DNA of 15,790 bases from assembly GCA_029564175.1 (NCBI GenBank), contig JAKQQL010000204.1, positions 1 to 15,790 of the forward strand, read 5' to 3'. Of the stretch, positions 9,357 to 15,790 are shown piece by piece (positions within the stretch are counted from its first letter, which is position 1; each line of letters begins with the position of its first letter). A program made the translations under genes and the position numbers. The stretch is from Candidatus Cloacimonadota bacterium. Lineage in GTDB: Bacteria > Cloacimonadota > Cloacimonadia > Cloacimonadales > WRIO01. A model generated the notes under the pieces. It was not told the DNA's origin. It saw only the letters and a program-made list of their open reading frames with translations, and made no database searches.

Positions 9357-9462
9357 CTCTTGAAGCTTTTAAAATAGAGGGCAGAAGGATGTAAAACAAG
9401 CTACCAGCTTGTTAAACAATCTTTCATGACTTGATACTTATAAAAAATAGAGGACAGAAGGA
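9278..9462 (+). repeat. 73-74 bp tandem repeat, about 2.5 copies
   Basis: Copies 9278-9351, 9352-9424 and partial 9425-9462. Each starts CATGACT and contains AAAATAGAGG(A/G)CAGAAGGA. The full copies carry the hairpin AACAAGCT-ACC-AGCTTGTT. Confidence 0.95.
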
Positions 9463-9470
9463 GTATTAAA

Positions 9471-11429
9471 ATGAAAAAGACCCTATTCTTAGTACTGGTT
9501 GTATTATGTGTTAGTTTGCTGTATGCACAATGGCCTGCCAACCCTGAACAGAATCTCAAATTAACCAACTCTTCATTCGAAGAAGTGATCCCTAAAGTTG
9601 CATACGGACCAGATGGTCATGTGTGGGTTTCCTGGTTTTCAGCAGAAAACGGCAACTATAATGTACGGGTTCAAAGATTCAGTTTTAACGGAGAACCTGC
9701 TTTTCCACAAGAAGGTATATTGGTTAGTAATCATACTCAAATGAGCTGGCTGACAGATTGGGATATGAAAGTGGATTCTCAAAACAATGCTATCCTGGCT
9801 TTTTTGGATGTTAGAACAGGTAATCAGGATATCTATGTGTATAAGATTAGTCCTGATGGTGCATTTTTATGGGGAAATGACGGTATTGCCGTCAGTAATG
9901 ATGCAACAGAAGATTATACACCTGCTTTAGGTGTTACAGACCAGAATAACGTGATTGTTACCTGGATGACAGAAACAGATACTAAATTACAGAAAATTAT
10001 GGCTGATGGTACACTTGCTTTAGCACAACCGATGTTGTTTCACGAAGAAGGGTTTTCTCATACATGGCCTCAGATATTGCCTCAGGATAATGACACCTTT
10101 ATTTTAAAGTATGCCAAAGATTCAGGCCCTTTTTATGCCGTTACACGCCACGTGTTTGCACAGAAATATGACAGCAATCTCAATCCAGTTTGGGCAACAC
10201 CAACTACCATTACCAATCAGGGTGGAATCTCCAGCTGGACACAGATTTTTTCAACAGCGACTGATGGAGATGGTGGTTTTGTAATTTGCTGGTATGAAGA
10301 CAGAGATGCAGATCAGATGAGAAACGTCTATGTTCAGCATGTGTTAAATGATGGTTCAGTGGCTTTTGCTGCTAACGGTGTTCAGCCAACGGTCAATACT
10401 TCTACTCAGCATTTTTATCCAATAGTGGCTTTCGATCAGTTTACCGGTGATACCTGGATGGTTTGGTCTGAAACAGATGCGAATCAGAATGCCAGAGGTT
10501 TGAGAGCTCAGAAACTGGATAGTACCGGTAACTCTGTATTAGGTGAAAATGGACTGGAAATTATATCTCTTGGTAGTCAATCTCCAATGCCTATGAAAGC
10601 ACATGTTGTCAATAGTGAATTGGTCGCCGTTTTTACCGGTGCACTTAATGGTTCTGCTGTTGATACAGAAATTAACGCATTCAAACTGAATACTAATGGT
10701 CAGCATGTATGGCCCGGCGAATTCGTTTCGATTAAAACGGCTGCAAGTAATGTGGTACACATGAAAGCAACCGATTTTATGTATAACCAGATGGTGTTTG
10801 CCTGGGAAGATTCCAGAACAGATCCAGCATCTGTTTATCTTCAGAACTTAAATTTTAATGGCTCAATTGGTATTGTAATAAATCCAACTGCTATTCAGGG
10901 AACAGTAACATTAAACGGAGGAACAGGTGTTGTATCAAATGTTCAGATTACAATAGGTGATTTGATAATCAATCCAGACGCTCAGGGACAATATTATACA
11001 GAGTTAGCTCCTGGCACTTATACACTGACTGCTACTTTATCAGGGTATCAGACTTTAACAGTAGAAAATGTGATCATTGCCAGCGAAATGACTACTACTT
11101 TAGATCTGACACTTGAGGCAGAAACAGCTATAAATGAGAATGAAGTGTCTGTAAAAACGCTTAATCTGAGAAATTACCCTAATCCGTTCAATCCTTCAAC
11201 TCAGATCAGTTTTAACCTGAATCAGGGAAGTCATGTTGAACTGCTGGTTTTTAACAACAAAGGTCAGAAAGTGAACGTTTTAAAAAATCAGTATCTGAAC
11301 AAGGGTACTTATCAGATCGAATGGAATGGTAAAGATGCAAAAGGAAATACCTGCCCTTCAGGTATTTACTTCTATCGCTTAAAAACAGACTCAGCAGAAA
11401 TGACTAAAAAGATGCTGATGATTAAATAA
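9471..11429 (+). CDS. secreted protein: about 8 beta-propeller-like repeats, carboxypeptidase-regulatory-like domain and C-terminal FlgD-Ig / T9SS type A sorting-like domain
   Basis: Signal peptide ending LYA/Q, repeats resembling WxDxR...IYxQ...G...W..nGi, 'IQGTV...PGTYTLTATLSGYQ', C-terminal 'NYPNPFNPSTQISF...WNGKDAKG...SGIYFYRL...KKMLMIK'. AAGGAG RBS. Confidence 0.85.
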   Translation: MKKTLFLVLVVLCVSLLYAQWPANPEQNLKLTNSSFEEVIPKVAYGPDGHVWVSWFSAENGNYNVRVQRFSFNGEPAFPQEGILVSNHTQMSWLTDWDMKVDSQNNAILAFLDVRTGNQDIYVYKISPDGAFLWGNDGIAVSNDATEDYTPALGVTDQNNVIVTWMTETDTKLQKIMADGTLALAQPMLFHEEGFSHTWPQILPQDNDTFILKYAKDSGPFYAVTRHVFAQKYDSNLNPVWATPTTITNQGGISSWTQIFSTATDGDGGFVICWYEDRDADQMRNVYVQHVLNDGSVAFAANGVQPTVNTSTQHFYPIVAFDQFTGDTWMVWSETDANQNARGLRAQKLDSTGNSVLGENGLEIISLGSQSPMPMKAHVVNSELVAVFTGALNGSAVDTEINAFKLNTNGQHVWPGEFVSIKTAASNVVHMKATDFMYNQMVFAWEDSRTDPASVYLQNLNFNGSIGIVINPTAIQGTVTLNGGTGVVSNVQITIGDLIINPDAQGQYYTELAPGTYTLTATLSGYQTLTVENVIIASEMTTTLDLTLEAETAINENEVSVKTLNLRNYPNPFNPSTQISFNLNQGSHVELLVFNNKGQKVNVLKNQYLNKGTYQIEWNGKDAKGNTCPSGIYFYRLKTDSAEMTKKMLMIK

Positions 11430-11481
11430 TCAGGCTTATCACTTTATCAATAAAATAGCACAGAGTATTCTGTGCTATTTT
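11377..11481 (+). repeat. left copy of 105-bp direct repeat (attL-like): gene 3' end plus terminator
   Basis: Matches 14757-14861 at a constant offset of 3380 bp with 2 mismatches (11405 T/14785 A and 11427 T/14807 A). Confidence 0.97.
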
Positions 11482-11485
11482 ATTT
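11449..11485. terminator. bidirectional Rho-independent terminator
   Basis: Perfect 16-bp stem AATAAAATAGCACAGA-GTAT-TCTGTGCTATTTTATT between convergent genes. Confidence 0.85.
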
Positions 11486-11542
11486 GTCAGAGTTTTTTTA
11501 AGACATCCAAACAGGATATCTTTACTTTTAATGAAATTATTG

Positions 11543-12280
11543 TTATTTCTTTTCAATCTTTTCAAACCATGATCTTTTGCCTTCTGTAGGAGTTTGTTGG
11601 TTGTTTAATCTGGTATTATTTTTGTTATTATATGGGGCATTGAAGTTAGACAATTCAATTAATTCTGTATTAGTTAGATCAACAGAATTCATATTCTTAT
11701 GGTTAAAAAATTCTACACTTTTTGTTGAAAGAATTCTTCCTGTTTTGACATCAGTAAGCTTAAAACGTATATCAAGATAAATATATCTTTTTATATTTTT
11801 TTCATTAGATAAATCAATAAGTTTCCCTCCATTATAAAAACTATAGCTCAGAATTTTATCTGCGTTTTGTAGTTTTGGAGCAATTAGATTTGAAAAATCT
11901 AATGTATCTTTTTTTATTGAATATAAATCTACATTCCATTCTAAAGCTAAATTATTGAGTGATTTTGTGTTACGTTCAAGGATATATTTGTTTTTGCTTA
12001 TTAATTTCTCTATCAGTTGTTGTTCAAATAGAACATGAAATGAGTTGTCAGTTTGACAAATGTTATTATCACAAAATAATGACAGTTTATCATTCGTCTC
12101 AATTTTATTTAACATTTCCTCTGGTATAGCAATCTCATTACATAAGCTTAAGAATTGCTTGTATTCTAGCTGTTGTATAGTACTTTCAATATTTAGATTT
12201 GGTTTACTTTGAATAGTTGCACATCCTGCTAATATTATAAAATTTAATGCAAGAATTATGTATAGTATTATATTTTTCAT
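11543..12280 (-). CDS. lipoprotein, distantly CsgG/HfaB/LpoB-like
   Basis: Lipobox LAGC, 'YILERN..L', 'ADKIL', 'LDIRFKLTDVKTGRILSTK' resembling the CsgG-like fold. Confidence 0.65.
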   Translation of the reverse strand: MKNIILYIILALNFIILAGCATIQSKPNLNIESTIQQLEYKQFLSLCNEIAIPEEMLNKIETNDKLSLFCDNNICQTDNSFHVLFEQQLIEKLISKNKYILERNTKSLNNLALEWNVDLYSIKKDTLDFSNLIAPKLQNADKILSYSFYNGGKLIDLSNEKNIKRYIYLDIRFKLTDVKTGRILSTKSVEFFNHKNMNSVDLTNTELIELSNFNAPYNNKNNTRLNNQQTPTEGKRSWFEKIEKK

Positions 12281-12415
12281 TTTTCCTTTTTCCTTTCTTT
12301 ATTTTAAAATTAATGCCATATATAAAGTTTAAAAACTAAGTAGGAATATTTTGATTGTATATAAAAAATATTTCTTTAACTTGTTTCATGAGTGTCTGGT
12401 TATGTCTCATTAAGA

Positions 12416-13423
12416 TTATTTGATTGAAACACTCTCAAATTTCATTAAAATTTCTGGACTTGTCATTGCCCCTAATTCTGTTAAGTTACAGAATATGATA
12501 CCATCTTTTTCATCTGCAAAAAATCTTCCCGAGAAAATCACAGTATCTCCTTCTTTCATATTTAAAAGAGAATTAAATAGTTTGCTATCTTGTGGTATTA
12601 AAGTATTCGTATCCCAATCGGATAATGTATTATTCCAAGTTATTATTTTAATATCTGTATTGAGTAACTCTATCTCTAATGCTGCTTTCCCTTCAGTGTT
12701 TGTGGAGAGTGATACTATTGTCCCAATCCAATTCTCGGCTTTTTTACTATTGGAAAAGAGGATGGATACTTCTTTTGATCTTTTTGTTCGAAGTAAAGAT
12801 TTCTGTAATTCATTTATAGCTTCGTTGTAATCAGAAGAATATTTAACATAAATCTTTACAAAATCAGATTGAAGTTGTGGAATTTCATATTTTGATTGAG
12901 TCTGAATATTATCTGAATTAGAGGGATTTGCATCTTTTCTTACGGTTTTGTTTTTTTCATTGTCATTTTCACCACATGATTTGATTTGAAAAACTAAAAA
13001 CATAATAATACAAATTAACCAGAATAGCCCTTTAAGCGTATCTTTGTTTTGAGAAAAAAAGGACCCCGTTTTACCTAAACTTTCATCTTCTTGAATATTG
13101 TTTTGTTCATTGTTCGTTGATGTTCTTTTTGATCTGGTTTTAGGTTTTAAAACCTCTTCTGTTATAGTAAATTCTTCAATATTCTTATTACTCGATAAAT
13201 CCATATCTTTTTCAGTACTTGGTATTTTTTTGCTATTTTTTATCATTTTAAAACCTCCCCAAATAGGTAAAATTCCGGTTAATATAAGAGAAATAATGTA
13301 TACTATTATCTCAGATTTATCTTTGTCGATATTGTAAAAGATCATGGCTGTATTGAAAATTGAAAATATAAAGCCAAATATACATAATATTATACCAAAT
13401 GCTTTTTTTAGTAAATCAGACAT
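12416..13423 (-). CDS. hypothetical membrane protein with 3 TM segments and a soluble C-terminal, possibly OB-fold-like, domain
   Basis: Two N-terminal hydrophobic helices, charged linker, third TM (GLFWLICIIMFLVF), C-terminal 'NWIGTI...TWNN.LSD...KEGDTVIFSG.F'. AAGGAG RBS. Confidence 0.7.
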   Translation of the reverse strand: MSDLLKKAFGIILCIFGFIFSIFNTAMIFYNIDKDKSEIIVYIISLILTGILPIWGGFKMIKNSKKIPSTEKDMDLSSNKNIEEFTITEEVLKPKTRSKRTSTNNEQNNIQEDESLGKTGSFFSQNKDTLKGLFWLICIIMFLVFQIKSCGENDNEKNKTVRKDANPSNSDNIQTQSKYEIPQLQSDFVKIYVKYSSDYNEAINELQKSLLRTKRSKEVSILFSNSKKAENWIGTIVSLSTNTEGKAALEIELLNTDIKIITWNNTLSDWDTNTLIPQDSKLFNSLLNMKEGDTVIFSGRFFADEKDGIIFCNLTELGAMTSPEILMKFESVSIK

Positions 13424-13506
13424 AATTATCTCCTTATAAATTAAGTATTTTTTGTTTTAAACAATAATAGCTATTCTTGAATTTTTCTATATTATCTATT
13501 TTTCTT

Positions 13507-14397
13507 TCATTCACTTTCACCTACATTCATTATACTGAACTTATCCTTAACCCACTCAATTATTTGATCATCTGCTTCAATAACAAATTCCTGACCTCTG
13601 TATACGGATTGAAAGTAATCATCGTTAAATTTATTATAATTTTTATTACAAAATCTATCTTTAAAGATAGACGGTAAATCCCATTTTGATCTTGACATAC
13701 CATCTTTTGTTAATACTAATGATTTGTCATACGGAAATACTCCTGCTCCAGGAAGACGATTATTAAAGCAAAGCTTATCCGTTGATAAGTATATTGAATT
13801 GTTATTATGATAATTATTCATCCATAAATGAGGATGTTTATTGAGATGATCCTTTTTTTCTTTGTTAAGAGTAGAAACATCTACAATTTCGTTGATTTCA
13901 AGCCAACCCCATATCACATGCTTATCCGAATCTGGTATGAATTTGTATTTCTCATCAATTTTTTGGGTGTCTTTGAACCACCCAAAAAATAAAAATAAAT
14001 CTCCTTTTGTAACTTTACAAGTCTTCAGAAGATGAGAATTTGCTGACCCACTTTGGCCAAACAATCCTTTGTATTTTGAATTTTTATCATCATTTTTAGT
14101 GCTATTAATCTGTGGATCAAAATGACAAATTGTATCTTGATTTAAATCAATTTTTTCTGATTCAAGTATCAATTTCTTTTTATCACCAGGCAGCAACTGA
14201 TTCATTAAGTCCAAATAGCTCATATTTTCATTTACCTTTAGACTTGAATACCTATTATTGTAAACAGGATAATCTTCTACCATTTCAGACATATTTTCTG
14301 GTATGGGTAAACTAATTAGTCTTTTTCCATCTAAAATTGGACTGGCATATCCTCCAGCACTAGAATCAAAACCCTTTCTGCTAAGAATTATCTTCAT
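13507..14397 (-). CDS. Nmad3-like (nucleotide modification associated domain 3) protein
   Basis: N-terminal MKIILSRKGFDSSAGGYASPI...LISLPIP, CHFDP, FGQSGSANSHL, GDLFLFFGWF, HVIWGWL, HPH, SKWDLP, RGQEFV. Family recognised from memory, not searched. AGGAGG RBS. Confidence 0.8.
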   Translation of the reverse strand: MKIILSRKGFDSSAGGYASPILDGKRLISLPIPENMSEMVEDYPVYNNRYSSLKVNENMSYLDLMNQLLPGDKKKLILESEKIDLNQDTICHFDPQINSTKNDDKNSKYKGLFGQSGSANSHLLKTCKVTKGDLFLFFGWFKDTQKIDEKYKFIPDSDKHVIWGWLEINEIVDVSTLNKEKKDHLNKHPHLWMNNYHNNNSIYLSTDKLCFNNRLPGAGVFPYDKSLVLTKDGMSRSKWDLPSIFKDRFCNKNYNKFNDDYFQSVYRGQEFVIEADDQIIEWVKDKFSIMNVGESE

Positions 14398-14424
14398 TGT
14401 AAACCTCCTATTATACGATTGAGT

Positions 14425-14454
14425 AAAGTAAATGACTTTTGTGCCATTTACTTT
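14425..14454. promoter_or_regulatory. operator-like palindrome upstream of the Nmad3-like gene
   Basis: AAAGTAAATGAC-N6-GCCATTTACTTT, arms 11/12 complementary. Confidence 0.45.
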
Positions 14455-14620
14455 CTTTATGTTTTCAAAAAAAATATATGCTTTAAGTTCATATTCTGAT
14501 GTATTTTTCTCCCTAAGTTCTCAAGATGAGACTAATTTCTCAAATTCATCAAAAAATTGAGTTTTGTAACTCTTTCACACATTTTCATGTAATCACATTA
14601 TATTCAAATCACTAAAATTC

Positions 14621-14650
14621 AAAATAACAAAATTATTCATATTATGTCAA
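14621..14650 (-). promoter_or_regulatory. putative promoter driving the islet genes
   Basis: Minus strand TTGACA (14650-14645), 18-nt spacer, extended -10 TGnTATTTT. Confidence 0.4.
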
Positions 14651-14756
14651 GAGATATTTTGAAAATGTTTTGAGCTACAGCAAGATGACTATGCTAAGCT
14701 GGTGAATTTGAATTTCATATTCGATGTCACATATAGCTTGTTTCTCAATTTATAAT

Positions 14757-14861
14757 GCTTAAAAACAGACTCAGCAGAAATGACAAAAAAGATGCTGATG
14801 ATTAAAAAATCAGGCTTATCACTTTATCAATAAAATAGCACAGAGTATTCTGTGCTATTTT
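14757..14861 (+). repeat. right copy of 105-bp direct repeat (attR-like): orphan gene tail with stop TAA replaced by AAA, plus terminator
   Basis: 103/105 identity to 11377-11481. Confidence 0.97.
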
Positions 14862-14893
14862 TTTGGGTTAAATATAATTTTTGTGCAGGGATT

Positions 14894-15320
14894 ACAATCA
14901 TTTCACCCCTACAATCATATCATCCCTTCGGGGTTTGTTTGAGACATGTCCAATATTCTTTATTATACAGGAAGCTCATCAGGGAGATTGTTCTTTGCTT
15001 CATTTCTTTTCGCTCAGTTCTTTGTGATTGAGTAAGCTCAGGATCACAAGCGCTACGTTATTTTTGAATTATGCCGGAGATGTTAGTCAACTACAAAGAG
15101 CATGCTTTTTAGCAAGGTGAACCTGATCAGTTACGAAAAATAAGAGTTCATGAGGAAGAGATATTTTGTTCCACCCCTCTGGGGTGGGAATGAAATATAA
15201 ACTGTTTTCATATGGTTAAAACCATGCGCTACTGATATCTAACCCTTCCAGGGTATAGATGATTGGAATATTCACATGTCCCGGAGGAACAATATATTGA
15301 TAGCCCAAGTTTTAACTCTA
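14894..15320. repeat. degenerate REP-like hairpin cluster
   Basis: ACAATCAT(T/A)TCA(C/T)CCCT tandem 17-mer at 14894-14927 ending in CCCTTCGGGG, CCACCCC-TCT-GGGGTGG at 15171-15187, ATGGTT-AA-AACCAT then ACCCT-TCC-AGGGT at about 15212-15254, GTCCCGGAGGAAC...GATAGCCC at about 15278-15306. Confidence 0.55.
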
Positions 15321-15445
15321 GAAGAGGAATATCCGCCAGCCCACCGCGCTCTAGGTGTGGTACACTATATTTGAGTTTTTGCACAGACTCTCCATGGGAA
15401 CTAAATGATAATAATCTCTTATCTCTTGCAAATAAATGATTTAAA

Positions 15446-15585
15446 AAACTTACCACCCTGTCACTACGTGCCACCCCTCCATGGGAGGGGATTATTAGCT
15501 TTTTTGCTAATCACTTTTCATCATTCATCATTCTCAATTAAACTTACCACCCCGTCACTACGTGCCACCCCTCCATGGGAGGGGA
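15446..15585 (+). repeat. two copies of a 46-bp GC-rich double-hairpin repeat
   Basis: AAACTTACCACCCYGTCACTACGTGCCACCCCTCCATGGGAGGGGA at 15446-15491 and 15540-15585 with 1 mismatch. Contains CCCCTCC-ATG-GGAGGGG. Confidence 0.92.
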
Positions 15586-15638
15586 ATGATTTATATTCAT
15601 TTTAAAATGCCTATTTTTTTAACTAAGTAATTGATAGA

Positions 15639-15667
15639 TTGACTTTTGGAATATTTACTGCTAGTAT
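15639..15667 (+). promoter_or_regulatory. sigma70-type promoter for the right-edge gene
   Basis: TTGACT (15639-15644), 17-nt spacer, TAGTAT (15662-15667). Confidence 0.55.
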
Positions 15668-15685
15668 TTTTACTAAGGAGATATT

Positions 15686-15790
15686 ATGAAAACTAAGTTT
15701 ATGCTTCTAATCATTATAATCTGTCATCTAAGTCTAAATGCTGTCAACAGAGGACAGTTAATTGAAAGTTTTGATGATGCTCAAACAGAG
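15686..15790 (+). CDS. 5' end of a secreted protein running off the right edge (MKTKFMLLIIIICHLSLNAVNRGQLIESFDDAQTE...)
   Basis: AAGGAG RBS at 15675-15680, ATG at 15686, Sec signal peptide ending in L-N-A, frame open to the edge. Confidence 0.75.
   Translation, partial: MKTKFMLLIIIICHLSLNAVNRGQLIESFDDAQTE

Larger units (their letters stand above)
11377..14861. mobile_element. direct-repeat-bounded genomic islet with about 3.3 kb cargo and no integrase
   Basis: Flanking 105-bp direct repeats and three co-oriented minus-strand accessory genes. By eye, more AT-rich than the upstream gene. Confidence 0.75.

Noticed and set aside
9278..9462. CRISPR array
   Set aside because: Units are contiguous near-identical tandem copies with no unique spacers, and there are no cas genes.
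2732..14315. Short ORFs antisense to real genes (2732, 3054, 3339, 3422, 4852, 5873, 6549, 9038, 10539, 11577, 12420, 13098, 13477, 14112)
   Set aside because: Shadow frames overlapping well-supported CDSs on the opposite strand.
14625..14652. dif/Xer site (TTATGTCAAGA resembles the XerD arm)
   Set aside because: No matching XerC arm ending in ATAA at the 6-bp spacing. Better explained as a minus-strand -35 box.
11377..14861. Diversity-generating retroelement VR/TR pair, since both mismatches are A in the non-coding copy and the other copy is at a gene 3' end
   Set aside because: Only 2 mismatches (one synonymous, one the stop codon), both extending A runs. The repeat covers the terminator rather than a variable domain, and no reverse transcriptase is in the window. 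A-specific read variation at 11377-11429 would reopen this.
15446..15585. Mini CRISPR (46-bp repeats, 48-bp spacer)
   Set aside because: Only two repeats, a low-complexity spacer, REP-like structure and no cas genes.
15229..15605. ORFs 15229-15474 (-) and 15405-15605 (+)
   Set aside because: They run through GC-rich repeats, with no RBS or recognisable domain. Likely repeat-derived open frames.
5438..15759. Recurring AGGACAG(TT) word near 5440, 6214, 9305, 9451 and 15751
   Set aside because: Short, noticed post hoc, and found in unrelated contexts including a CDS. It cannot be distinguished from chance.

Overview
AT-rich bacterial chromosomal window, probably Cloacimonadota or a similar FCB-related anaerobe (inference from the NYPNPFNP/FlgD-Ig-tailed secreted protein, bacterial TrmB regulator and MeaB). 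The left part is housekeeping: SurA/PpiD-like chaperone, meaB, a NitT/TauT-type ABC binding protein plus permease behind a long structured leader, trxA, galE and a TPR protein. Next come a TrmB regulator and a large secreted beta-propeller-like protein, separated by a 73-74 bp tandem repeat. The main structural signal is a 105-bp direct repeat (11377-11481 and 14757-14861, 103/105 identical) of that gene's 3' end and terminator. It brackets an integrase-free, more AT-rich 3.3-kb islet encoding an Nmad3-like protein, a membrane protein and a CsgG-like lipoprotein. Several REP-like palindrome families occur with no transposase in the window.
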